A stretch of 64,000 bases of DNA, from contig CM119263.1 in NCBI GenBank assembly GCA_051294375.1, positions 26,679,130-26,743,129 on the forward strand, in the 5' to 3' direction. The position numbers and the translations under genes are program-made. The stretch's first letter is position 1. Each line of letters opens with the position of its first letter. The notes under the pieces were generated by a model. That model did no database searches. It had not been told where the DNA came from and saw only the letters and a program-made list of their open reading frames with translations. The DNA is from Paraspadella gotoi. Its lineage: Eukaryota; Animalia; Chaetognatha. Shown in pieces: positions 13,901 to 27,078 of this stretch.

Positions 13901-15127
13901 GGCGTGGAGGGCGACTATTGGGAAAAAAGTAAGTAAAAGTATGTGAGAAGTAAGTGAGAAATTGAAAAGATTGAAAGAAAAGATGAGTTAGGTATACAGT
14001 AGATAAAAAGAGCAATAAAATGATTTCAAAGAATTAACTCATGAAAAGAAATAAATAGATGAAAGAAGATAGAACACGGTGGTAGAAACTGAAAAAAAAG
14101 CAGGAAATAAAGATAAGAAAAGTGTAAAAAAAAATGTTAAAGCGAAAAATCGTCTAAAATTGTTGAGGCGTCGTAGGCGTTCAAGATGCAATGGCCTTCC
14201 CTTGTTCCATGTCGACTTACCTAAGTGTCGATGGAACTTTAAAGCGGAAAAGAGGTTGAAGAGGAGGAGTAGGAGGAGGAGGAGGAGGAGTAAGAGGAGG
14301 GAGGGAGGAAAAGAAAAAAAGAAGTAAAGAAGATGCGAAGAAGGAAATAGACCAAGAAAAGAGTCAGGACAGAAAAAAAAAAGAAGCGAGGAAATTAAGA
14401 GCGAAAAGGGAAGATCATCCGACGGACGGAGTGAAAAGAAAAAAAAAAGATAAAAATAAATAAACCAAAAAAAGTTGTGAGACGAATTCATTAAAAATCC
14501 GAGAAAAAAAAGAGCATCCGAAGAAGAATTCAGATCTTAATCTCTTTTTTTTTTAAAGAATAAAAATCATTTCTCCCCCCCTCTGCCGCCCCCTCCATTT
14601 CTCATCTTCCCCGAGTTTTTTCCTTTTCCTTTTTTTTTTTCTTCTTCGTTCAAAAAAAAACTTAATTTTCTTTTTTTTTTTACTTTCACTTTATCCTTGA
14701 AAGGAATTTGATGAAATCCCGTCAGGACTTCTTTTATTTTCAAAGGCTTTTTTCTTTTTAAGTTCTCCCTTTTTCTCATCTCTTTTTTTTTTCTCCAAAA
14801 TCTGATTCTTTTGTTTCCTCAACCTCCAAGTAGTTTGCTTGGCTTCTTGGAGGGTGGCGCTTCCGACCGCCTTTTCTTCTACCTCCCCCCACCCCCCCTC
14901 ACCCCAAACGAGTCTGTCTATTTTCTCAAATCATTAGGCTCTCAGTATCAAACCCACGTGTTAGGCTAATTCTTTTTTCGTAGAGTTTGAGAATACCTTG
15001 TGTTTTTTTTTTCTGGTAAAAATTATGTTGCGTCTTTTGTTTTGATTTGAGAAGCAATCTACGTCCCGCCGCGCCTAGGATTTTCAGTAGCATCATCTCT
15101 TTTCTCTATCTTTTTCTCTCTTTTCCC

Positions 15128-15935
15128 TTTTTAGTTGCGACGCGAGTACTCGCGGAGCAACGCTATCAGTCACTTTTCGGTCGGTCGGTCCGTCGGTCGG
15201 TCCGGTCGGTATGTCTGTCCCATCGGTCTGTCCCACTTATGTTAAAAACGCTTATAACTTGCCTATAGTTTGTTGCTCATTTGTTAAAAATCAAATCTAA
15301 GCGACTACTGGTAGCGGTAGCCGACCAAATTCAAATTTTAATGGGAACAGCATTAAACTAATCCATTATTGGTATTAATTATTGTGTTAAAATATTTTTT
15401 TGCAAAAATGTTCCGAACCATGAGTAATTCGCTAATTAATATTATTATATTGCTATATAATGTTAAAATTTTTTTTTTTATATTTTAAGTTTTTTAATTG
15501 ATTCTGATAGAGCTTAAAAAGTTAAGCAAAAAATAATTACAACTTTTTAAAATTTTGATGTTTTATACTAAAAATTAGTAAAAACTGCTAAAATCATCGG
15601 ATGAGATGATGATGATGATTTTTTTAAGGTTTTTCTCAATTTTAAACCCACTTATCATCAAAATATTGAAAAAAGAATTATACTTTGTGTAGATAACTTT
15701 TCATAAGCTATTTGAATCTGCTTTTAAAAATAAAAAAATCAAAAAATATTTTGGACATTTCCTATCTATAAATAAATTTAAAAAATTAATTACTAATGCT
15801 TCTTGCCATTTTAGAAAATTTTGCTCCATTGAAAGTTTTCTCAGAAATGTAGAAGTTTCATTTGGAAAGGTTCCCAAATCAAACTTCTGACCCACCCCAT
15901 TGACGAAGTTTGGCTCTACTACTGGCGCCTTTTGT
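15128..15935 (+). mobile_element. Helentron-associated non-autonomous element (HINE/DINE-1-like); 3' end uncertain
   Basis: Starts TTTTTA, then GTTGC..CGCGAGTACTCGCG..GCAAC (a palindrome nested in a short inverted repeat, 15134-15161), then a (GGTC/GTCC)n tract at 15179-15210 and an AT-rich body lacking (AG)n. This matches the 5' layout of HINEs. Confidence 0.5.
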
Positions 15936-16421
15936 TTTTAAAGAAATCTTATAAACTATCAGCAATAAATGACATGATAAGTAAAAAGAAAGGTAACACC
16001 TTGGAATAACCGTTTTAGTCTATTTTAACTTTCCTCCTTTCAAAACTTTTCTTTTTTTCCCATTAATTGTCTTCTCTCCGAGCTATCGATATCCCTTTCA
16101 TTTCCAAATTAATACCCCTTACTTCTTTTATCTCCTTTTCCCCTTCTTTTCCATTTTTCTTCTCTCACAATTCTCTCTTTTCCTTTTTTCTTTCATTTCT
16201 TTTCCTTTTAACTTTCTTTCTCCTTCTCTTTTTCTTTTCTTCTCCTCGACTTCCCTCGCGCCCATTTCTTTTGGCGCCGTTCCCTCCCCGGATTTTAACC
16301 CGCCTTTTTCTCGCTCGATTTAAGCGTCAGCCTCTTCACCCTTTTTGTAAACCAATGTTTTTATGTCATCCGAATTTTCCTTCTTTTGGGAGGGGGTTTG
16401 ACTTTAGCCCTCAATTCCATC

Positions 16422-16465
<44 letters not shown>

Positions 16466-16615
16466 AAGGGGGACGAATCTACAATTAAAATTTGGAGGCG
16501 CCAACTGATGACAAACTGCGCAAAGTTTGTCCTCCAGGAAGAACAAAGGAGCAACGATTTCCAATTCAAATCGGGAAAAACTTTGGGTTCGGGACTTTTG
16601 GAAGTGAAAGGTCGT

Positions 16616-16745
16616 GATTGGGGAAAGGGAGGTTGTGATTGGGGAAAGAAAGGAGGTGATTGGTGAAAGAAAGGTTTTGATTTGGAAGGGAAAGGTCGTC
16701 ATCGGGATTTGTGATTGGGAAAAGGAACGTTTTGATTGGTGAGTG
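16616..16745. repeat. Degenerate ~21-bp tandem repeat with GATTGG core
   Basis: GTGATTGGGGAAAGGGAGGTT-like units recur about six times. Confidence 0.7.
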
Positions 16746-17474
16746 AATGTTTGTGATTTTTGAAATAAGGATGTTGATCGTTAAAAGATATAGTAAAAGG
16801 AGGTGACTGCATGCAAACTTGTACATAAAATACGATAATAATTTTTTTTTAAATTTAATTTAATAGTTTGATCGGAATTATGCGTTAAAAAATTTAAAAA
16901 AAAACAGGGATTTCTCAGCGACAAAAAAGGTCTTGAATGGAAATTGAATTATTACGAATGGTCAATAAGAAAGCAGAGACGAGAAAAAAAAGAAAAAGGA
17001 AAAAAGGTGACAAATGGAAAACCGAAAGGTCGGGAATGGAGATGCGCGAATCACTTGGTGAGAGGCAAAGGTCTTGTGAATAAGCAGCAAAAGTGAGGAT
17101 GGGAAGGAGAAAGAATTACGTGACGAGAGGAAAATGTCGACGTGACAAAAGGAGGAAAATCTTGTGTGACCCAACGAAAGACCACAATAGGCTGTAAGAT
17201 GAAAAGTAAGCGAGAATGATTTTAAGCACTAACGTAGTAGTAAAATATTTGCCCGAGGATATGTTTTATTTTTTTAAATTTTACAATAATATATTTAAAA
17301 TATACAATAAAGTAGTATTTTTTTTTATTTTAATTTCACTTTTTATTCTGTCTTTAATTCCTCGTTTCTCCTTTTCTTTTTTACCTTCCTCCTTTTCCTC
17401 CCTTGGGTCAGAGGGTTCGAGTTGGAGGGTCACAGGTCACGGGGTAATCAGCGAACTCTGCGGGACGCGTTGAC

Positions 17475-17640
17475 GGGGAGTGTCACGGCGTGACGGTCGA
17501 GAGTCACGGTCTGTCCTGTTTGAGTCACTGCGTGACGGGCGAGTTACACGTGTTACACGAGAGTCATGGGGTGATTAGTTAGTGTTACGGAGTGACGGGC
17601 CGAGAGTCACGCCGTGATGGGCCGAGTGTCACCGCGTTTC
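17475..17640. repeat. Degenerate ~22-bp repeat carrying GTCAC-N3-GTGAC palindromes
   Basis: GTCACGGCGTGAC 17482, GTCACTGCGTGAC 17524, GTTACGGAGTGAC 17584, GTCACGCCGTGAT 17606, GTCACCGCG 17628. Confidence 0.7.
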
Positions 17641-18098
17641 AAGCGAGAGTGGTCGCCTTGACGATGATGTCGCCGTCGGACGAGAGATCTCATCTGGGCG
17701 GATAAAATTATTCCTGATGCTCTACTATTATAGTTTGGATGTTAATTTTACTACTTATACTTTTTTGTTATATCGCAAGAATATGCTGAGGCTAAGAATA
17801 GCATTATCAAGAGTCAGATATCCAAGCAAAATTTTTAAGATTATAAATTAGATTAGATTGTATTAAATTAGATTAGACAAGCAGAGTGATAAGAGACAAA
17901 AGCCAAGTTTCTTGTATTAACAATTTATTTAGCGACATCCTAATTGATTTTAATAATCACATATTCTTACTTCCGAAATCCTTGTCTTCTTTGTCGTCGT
18001 CGTCGTCGTCGTCGTCGTCCTCGGCCCATTCCGCGGCGCCATTACGCACTTCCAATCTCCATTTCGACCGTGACGATCGTTGGCGCTCCAAGATTTCC

Positions 18099-18152
<54 letters not shown>

Positions 18153-19813
18153 ACTCTCTTTTCTTTCCATTTCTCTTTTTCCAACAGATTCTCATTTTAA
18201 TTTTACATTTGAGTTATGACGAGAGAAAGAAGGAAAGAAGGAGTAAGAAGTAGGAAAAGAAAAGGGTAAAAAGAAAAGGAAAAGGATAAAGAAAATAAAT
18301 TTGGGAAGAAGGTGGAGATGAAGAGGAGGAGCGAGGACTAAATGAAAAGGAAATGAAAAGGAGGAGCGAGGACAAAATGAAGAGAAGGAGCAAGAAGGAA
18401 ATGAAAAGGAAATAAAGAGAAGAAGCAAAAAGGAAATGGAAAGGAAATAAAGAGAAGGAGCAGGAAAGAAATTAAGACTCTTATTGAAGAGGACCGGCGA
18501 GAAGGAAATGAAAAGGAAAAGAAGAGAAGGAGCAAGAAAGAGAAATGAAAAAGAAAAAATGAAAAATGAAAAAGGAAATGAAAAGGAAATGAATAGGAGG
18601 AACCAGAAGGAAATGAAGAGAATCGGCGAGAAGGAAATGAAGAGAAGGAGCGAGAGGATCATTCAAAACGAGATGGCGCTCGTAAAAAAAGTTGGAGGCG
18701 CCGCCCCCCTACCGGGCCGGCGAAGGCGAAAAGGTTCAACGTCCGGATCTTGTGACATTCTTTACATATTAAAATATATATATTCGTTTTATGTCAGACG
18801 TGAGTTCCTAAGGTTTCGTCACACGCATCTTCAGCTCAGTTTTAACAACTTTTACGCAACTATTTGGAAATTAACAATGATAGTAAAACCCAGTTTTCGC
18901 TTTCACTTTATTACCTAATTACAAAATCATTTCCAGAAAGAAAACGACTCCGAAAGACTTTTTCTTCTAATTCAAATTCCTCCTTAAATTCCTCATCGAC
19001 AGCCGAGTCTCACCTTACCTCTTCTTAAATCTCCCCGGATGTAAGCTACTTACCTTAAAACCGGGATGTTAGTCGCTTAGCCTACTCTGTCTGAACCCCT
19101 CATCACCTGGGAGACGGCAATCTCGGCGTCGGTCTTCCCCCCGCCCTAGTTTTGGCGTTGGCGTTGTCCTCTGGGTCGGTTGGCGCGGTCGGTTACAATT
19201 TTTTTTGGCGCAGTTTTTATAAAGGTTTTTTATAGTCACCAAGATCTTTGAATTACCACAGTCGAACTAATGCATTAGTATTTAAGATTGAGTTTACATT
19301 TCATCTCAAACAAACGCGCTCAATAGTATTTTTTTTTTTTGTGAATATATGTGTCAAAATGACGCTCATCTAACAAATTTTACCCATTTCACAAAACAAT
19401 TTTCCTTCACGAAAATCTCCGATTAGTATAGCCTACTTGTAAATTATCAGTAATCAATTACACAATTGAATAACTTACATTCGTATCCCAACTTTTCAAC
19501 CCATTTCTCTCAAACTCTCTCCTTCTTCGCCAACAGGAAACAGAGAACGCAGATCTCACTCTCCTCTCTTTGTCTTCTATCTCCTTTTTTCCTTTCTTTT
19601 TCCTTTTTTTTATTTTCCTTTTCCTCCTTTCGGTTTCCTTTTGTCTGGGAGAATTCGGTTCCTTGACGAATGGAACGATGACCAATAAAATTCCATCGTT
19701 TTCTAGATCGAGCATAAATCAATTCTTCTTTTTTTTCGGCTGCGGGAGCTAAACCGCCATTTCTCTCTTCTCTCTTTCTTTCTTTCTCTTTCGCGGGAGA
19801 GCTTCATTCATAA

Positions 19814-19912
<99 letters not shown>

Positions 19913-19989
19913 CTCTTCTCTTTTCCCTCTCCTCGCAATCCATTTCTCGAATTAACGACTTCTTTGTTCATTTGTTTCGTGGTCGACTA

Positions 19990-20026
<37 letters not shown>

Positions 20027-22651
20027 AGTACATTTCGCCGTCGTCCTTGAAAGAAAAGAGATGACGTCCTCGGAATGGTTTTGCGGGCGACAAAGGAAGG
20101 AGATCGGCCGGTGGGAGGAAGGGGGAAGAAATTGAGTGAGGAAGCGGGTGAGTTTATAGTCGTGAACAATTGGATTGGGTGATTGGGTCCTTTTGTTTCA
20201 CATCCAATTTGACAGAGGGCGTAAACGATGGCTTTTTAGAAAATGTGAATACCCGACGATCGATTCCTTTCACTCTTTCGTTCACTTCGACGTTTTCGAC
20301 GATTCCGTTTGTTCTTCACTTTAATTTTCTTTTTCTATTCATTCGTTTACTGGTTTATTCATTCACAACTTCCCTCGTTCACCGCGTCGTTCGTTCACTG
20401 AGTCACAAGTTTCCTTCTCTTTCGAATCCGAAAAACTGGTTTTTTTTTCTCTCTCTCTCACCAAACCGCTTCGCTGATCCCCAGATGACTGGGACGACCT
20501 TTCGAGTGAAACCCAATTAATTTATTCAATTTTCGTCAACTGCGGACGAATTCGTCACAAAACTTAACTAGGCGAGACATTTATATACGTTATACTAAAC
20601 GAAGGATTTGAGAAAGTTTAAACGATTTCGAATTAAACGATTGACGGTACAGAAGGGAAAGGCATGTTACGTAAGAAAGGATGTATCTTCTTTTCTCGCT
20701 GCGAAAAGGAAAAAAATAAAGTGAGAAATATAAAAAAGAAAAAATTGCAGAAAGAGAAATAGCAAAAATGAATTTTTAAAAAGAAGAAGAAAAAGAAGAA
20801 AAAGAAGAAGAAGAAAAAGAAGAAGAAGCTTCTCAGCCAAATCGTTCCTTTTTTTTCCCCGACCTGTCAACTCACCAAAGTTATTATTGAAGGTCATTTC
20901 TGGGAAAATTGTTTGAGACTCTGGGTTTTCTCGGTCGAATTGGTTCCGTCCCGACACGCCCCCTTTTCTTTGGGGCTTCTAGGGGGCGGAGGGAGGGGGT
21001 GGGGGCGGTCACCGGCGGTCTGGATATGATTTATCATTTCGGTTCAAATATTTTTCTTTTATTTTAAAGAGTAAAGAGAGAAGAGGACGGAGAGGATAGA
21101 AAAAGCGGCGATGTCAAAGACGTGAAAAGGTGTGAGGATCCAAGGATAAAATAAGAAATTCAAATTTTCTTAAATTAAAAGTTTAAATAAAAGGCGGAAA
21201 TTAATGAAAATTAAGATTCGCGAAAAAAAGAAATGTAAAGAGCCAAAGACAAAAAAAAAAACATCAGAAGAAAACAACAAAGGGAATGAAAAAAAGAAAA
21301 GGTAATTCCGCGAAACTCGTGAGACCCGAAATAAAATAAAGAAAAGGAAGAAAAAAAAGGAAAAGGTAAGGAAAAGGTGAGTTCGTGACCCGGGGAGTGA
21401 TTTTTCGCTAGTAGGAGACTTGCCGACGAGGAAAGATAGAAGCGAGAAGGGGAAAAAGCCACAAAAAAAAGAGGGGCGGGGCAAAGGAAGGAAAGAAACA
21501 AAACAGAGGAAGGAATAAAAATAAACTACAAAGAAATCTGATACGAGGATGACTTGAGAGCAGACGAAGCTGAACAAATTGTTTTGATTATTTACAGTAG
21601 TGACAAATAACGACTGTTTCTTATTGGAAATAAAAACAATTAATAAAAAAAGAAAATATCGCTTCAATCAGACGGAAAAAAGTGTAGAAGCGCAGCTCTA
21701 GAATCACATAACAATGCGGCGAACCGTCGAGAAAATGCGACGAACCGCTGGGAAAATGCGGCGAACTCGTAGGGGGGGTATATTTGCGGCGAAATTTCCG
21801 TTTTCGTTCGCCGTTTTTTTTTTTCATCCCGGATTCTGGATTTCGCACGAATGCGTCGCCATTGATGAATTTAATGAGGAAGGAAGAAAAACCGGATGGG
21901 GGGGGGGAATGATAGGAGTTGGGGGGAGAAAGGGAAAGGGGGTTGAGATGGGGATGAGATGTGAGGTGTTATTCAAGTTATATTGAGTTTGCGCGATATA
22001 TTGATCGAAAACAGATTATTTTTTTTTTGTGGAGAAAAGACGAAAAAGTAATAAAAATCTGGAACAAAAAGCGTCAATTAAAAAAGTCTTACAACACCTG
22101 GTCACGCGTGAAATCTAAAAAAGCTAAAGACATGTAAGATTTGAAGGAAAATTTAACAAAGTGGAAAAAAAAAGGAAAGAAAAAGAGAAGAAAAGAAAAA
22201 GAGATGAAAAAGAGATGAAATAAAAATAGGAGGCAAAATTTGGGAAAGTGAGATGAAAAAGAGAGAAAAAAAAGGCGGAAAATTGGAAGCGGAAAATAAG
22301 AAAGAAGAAAAAAATGACGACGACGACGACGACGACACGACGACTTTTTTATTCTCCTTTTGTTTTCGAAATCCAAGAACACAACTCGTAACGTGGGATC
22401 ATAAAATCCTCGTCGCACTTTTCGCAACAAGAGATTTCACAACTTGCCTAAAAAAAAGAAGAAAAAAAAAGAATTCGAACGTTGGGTGGATTCAAAAAAG
22501 AAGCAATCTTACAAAAGCGTGCAATGGAAATTCTTGGCTCCTTGTAGGTGAAACCTTTGGACTGCAGATATGCGCCTTAGTCGAGGATTACAAACTTTCC
22601 TTCTTTTCTTTTCTTTTTTTCTCTTTTTCTTTTCTTTTCTTTTTTTTCTCT

Positions 22652-22716
22652 TTCTATTCTATTCTATTCTATTCTATTCTATTCTATTCTATTCTATTCT
22701 ATTCTATTCTATTCTA
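22652..22716. repeat. (TATTC)n microsatellite
   Basis: Read directly. Confidence 0.97.
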
Positions 22717-25194
22717 CAGTATACTTTTCTTTTCTTTTCGTTTCGTTTCGTTGAATTTTTGTGTATTTTAAATCAAATCACCTTCAGTTGTCTCCCCAAA
22801 GATTAAAAAGGCCATTCACCTCGTACGAGCTCAAGATTTATCATCGTCATCATCTTCGTCATCATCATCACCATCGTCTTCTCTGTTTGTTTTCGTTTCT
22901 CCTCGTTACTCTTTATGTTTTTGTTTTGTTTTTTCCTCATCGTTGGGTTTTCTTGTCGGGGTCGACGAAGAACGACAACGATGTTGAAGACAACGACGCT
23001 GCCGTTGACGATGACAACGACGAAGACGACGACGATGACAAAGATGAAGACGACGACGAAAACGACGAAGACGATGTCAGGATTATTCTTGTAAAAATTG
23101 AATGGCTCATGCCGTTAACCACGAATAGAGTGGAAAACAATATCAAAGATTGTGTACGGTAAGCAAAAGAACAACATTCACTCTTATATTAACGATATTA
23201 ATATAAGACGACGACGACAACGCCGGCGATGACGACGACGACGATAAATACGACGACGAAGACGACGAATACGACGATGATCATAAGAATTGGGAGAATC
23301 CTTCTTTCCTCGATTATTTCTCATCCAAAATTCTCTTTTTTTTTTACGATCGAAATCGAAATAAAAACTCAAACGAAACGGATACAGTTGAGCTCTTTTT
23401 TTTTTGGGGGGGGGGCAGAAAATCGCAATCGGAAGGAGAGAAAGTGGATGAGAAGTGAGAGTGAGAAGTGAAAGTGATTTGAAATGAGATAAGAGAAAAA
23501 GAGAGAAAGACATGATGAGTGCAAAGCGTGAGCGATTAAAACAGAAGTTGAAAAGAGTTGAGAATGTTGAGAGTATTAGAACGAATACGAGATGTAACTA
23601 GTCAATTGTGTTGAGTTTATTGCTTTACATCCCTAAGAATCGTTAAATTAGCTTTTTAGGGGAATTAGCTATTTACTACTCGAGCCATTCTTGTGAGAGG
23701 GTGAATCGTCTTATTGGCCGTCGTCGTCGTCGTTCTTGTCGTCTTAATGGTCGTCTTCGTTGTGGTTCCTTGTTTACGTCCAACTTCACGAAACAACCTC
23801 CGGCAATCTGGTCATTAGCAGTGGCGCTTTTATCGTCCTCGTTTTCTCCGCCCAACTCCATTCTGTTTCCCTGTTTTTTTGTTTTTTTGTTTCTTTGTTT
23901 GTGTTTTGTTCTTTTTTAGAAAGCAAGGCAAGCTCAAGAGCTTGTTGACTGATGGTTACCAGTTGAGGTAATTATTTCAACTGACTCAGTCGCTTGGTTC
24001 CCATTTATTTTATTTGAAACGCTCGATAATTTTTGAATTTTTTTTAGTTTAATCAATGGTAACTTTACATTTCAACTTTCTTTATCGTGCTAAAGTTCGT
24101 TTTCTTGTCATTACCAAAGTTGTCAACTAATCGATTGATAAATATCTTTTAAATTAAAAAAAAACGAAAAAGTTAAAAATTTTGGTTAAAATTTTTGACC
24201 TTTTTTGTTCGTTGTTGTTGTTATTAAAAAAAGAAAAGGGCGAGGCGAACGAGAGAAGTGAGACAAATTAAGTGAAAGACAAGTTGAAATATTTTTTAAA
24301 AATTGAGAGGCGCTAAAATTCATCTTTGAAGGCAGAAAAGTTTAAAAGATTCTTCGTCAATTAGTTCAGACGATTTTGTTGATTAAATTTAATACAAAAA
24401 CGAATTAAATAGAAAAGGCGGTCTGTCTTTCTTCAAGAAGGAAAATTCAGACAGTCATAGAAAATTGTCACGAATGATATAATGATTTAAAAAATAAGGA
24501 AAATTTTAATTTGTCTTTTGGTTGTTTTTTTTTTTTTAGAAGCGAAACAAAACGATGACGGTAAAACCGAACTGTCATTTTTTTTTTCAAAAACAACGCA
24601 AACCGAAAGAATGGGTGAACCGATGTAAAGAAAAAACAGCTTGGAAAAAACCGAGAAGCGTCGTAAAACGTTTACTGTGGTGTTTTTTCTCATAACCGAC
24701 AACGCACATGTCTCGCTCTCTCTCTCTCTCTCACGCTTATTCTTAGAAAGCCAATACTCGCCCAGACAAAAACATATTCTCCAAAATTTAATCGACTTAC
24801 TTTTTGATTGAATTTTTTTCAGCAGATCCGGTTTTGTGTTTCTCGGCAGTTGTTTTATTGGTTGTTTTTTGTTGTTTTTTATTATTTAAAAATATATTGG
24901 AATTTGAAGATGATAAGGTTTAAGTTAGAAGCCTTCTTCGTCGTTATCGTCGTCGTCGTTATCGTCGTCGGAGTTTGAGAAGACACGAGTTTTAAACCGA
25001 GAAAAAAAATATCAAGAAAATGAAAATATCTTTTCTTCTTTTATTTTTTGAAGGAAATCAGACGAAATTCCTTTTCTTCGAAGTTTTGTTTATTTACTTT
25101 TTTGTCTACTGTCTTTTTTTGTATCGAATACTAAACACTGAATTTGTTTGTTGTTCGAGACTGATGCGCATGGATTTCGGTTGATAGTCTGGTT

Positions 25195-25265
<71 letters not shown>

Positions 25266-26096
25266 CTATTTCCACCAAGAGTCCTTTGCCCGCGCTTCAG
25301 TTTCTCCGAGTAGCGTAAACGAAAGCGGATATTAAGTTTCTAAACATCCTTCATGACTGAAGTTTTAACTCTCTTACGATATTCTGTGTCGGTACAGTTT
25401 CGCCCAGAGCCTGTTACTTGAATATGGCAGCTCAGACGACGGAGGAAGATTTAAATACGAATGGCGGGACCGGGCAGAGAATCATATATCATCCTTCGAT
25501 AATAAAGAAAACAAACTTATGAGCTCATGATTTTTGTCGGATGTCAGTTTTTGTTGTTATTGTAATAATGTTTATTTTGATGAAAGTCTGTACACTTTTT
25601 GATAACGAGATATCGCTCTCTCTCTCTTTCTCTCTGTTTGAATTATAGAACAATGATTTTGTTTCGGTGAAAATTATTTGTTTCTTTGTTTGCAAATAAT
25701 TCATTTGAAAAAGACTAAAATATTTTTTTTCAAACGATGAAGAATCACATTATGAAAAAATCATAAAAATAAAATAAATTAATGGATAATTTTTATATTG
25801 GTTGTACCAATTTCATTAATTATGTAATTAGAAGATCAGCTAAAAAGAAACAAAAGTATTAAGCACCCGGCGATACAGGCGCTCTAAAGTATTATTTTCT
25901 TTACGAAATACCTGATTAGTCTGTCACTTGTTTAAATTTCAGAGGAATATTTTTTTAACTAATTCAATTTTACTTATAAAATAAAATGATCGATTCTTTT
26001 TTCTATTGTCGATTTCTCTTTCAATTGAATTTTTTCGATCCCTCGATCTTCCGCCTTCTTCTCCCGCCAAAAGGCCCCGGCCGACCTCGGATCGAA

Positions 26097-26127
<31 letters not shown>

Positions 26128-27047
26128 GANNNNNNNNNNNNNNNNNNNNNNNNNNNNNNNNNNNNNNNNNNNNNNNNNNNNNNNNNNNNNNNNNNNNNNN
26201 NNNNNNNNNNNNNNNNNNNNNNNNNNNNNNNNNNNNNNNNNNNNNNNNNNNNNNNNNNNNNNNNNNNNNNNNNNNNNNNNNNNNNNNNNNNNNNNNNNNN
26301 NNNNNNNNNNNNNNNNNNNNNNNNNNNNNNNNNNNNNNNNNNNNNNNNNNNNNNNNNNNNNNNNNNNNNNNNNNNNNNNNNNNNNNNNNNNNNNNNNNNN
26401 NNNNNNNNNNNNNNNNNNNNNNNNNNNNNNNNNNNNNNNNNNNNNNNNNNNNNNNNNNNNNNNNNNNNNNNNNNNNNNNNNNNNNNNNNNNNNNNNNNNN
26501 NNNNNNNNNNNNNNNNNNNNNNNNNNNNNNNNNNNNNNNNNNNNNNNNNNNNNNNNNNNNNNNNNNNNNNNNNNNNNNNNNNNNNNNNNNNNNNNNNNNN
26601 NNNNNNNNNNNNNNNNNNNNNNNNNNNNNNNNNNNNNNNNNNNNNNNNNNNNNNNNNNNNNNNNNNNNNNNNNNNNNNNNNNNNNNNNNNNNNNNNNNNN
26701 NNNNNNNNNNNNNNNNNNNNNNNNNNNNNNNNNNNNNNNNNNNNNNNNNNNNNNNNNNNNNNNNNNNNNNNNNNNNNNNNNNNNNNNNNNNNNNNNNNNN
26801 NNNNNNNNNNNNNNNNNNNNNNNNNNNNNNNNNNNNNNNNNNNNNNNNNNNNNNNNNNNNNNNNNNNNNNNNNNNNNNNNNNNNNNNNNNNNNNNNNNNN
26901 NNNNNNNNNNNNNNNNNNNNNNNNNNNNNNNNNNNNAGTCGGATGGAGGGGTGTGCGTGGGAAGGGTTGCAAAAAGAGGTGATGGAGAATGAAAGAGGTT
27001 GTTCGGTAAGTGAGGGAAAAAGCGAATATTGAGAGAGGGGGACGGAG

Positions 27048-27078
<31 letters not shown>

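Noticed and set aside
25398-25530. Protein-like frame after GTACAG (FAQSLLLEYGSSDDGGRFKYEWRDRAENH...)
   Set aside because: Weak acceptor, two frames are equally open, and no recognisable family.
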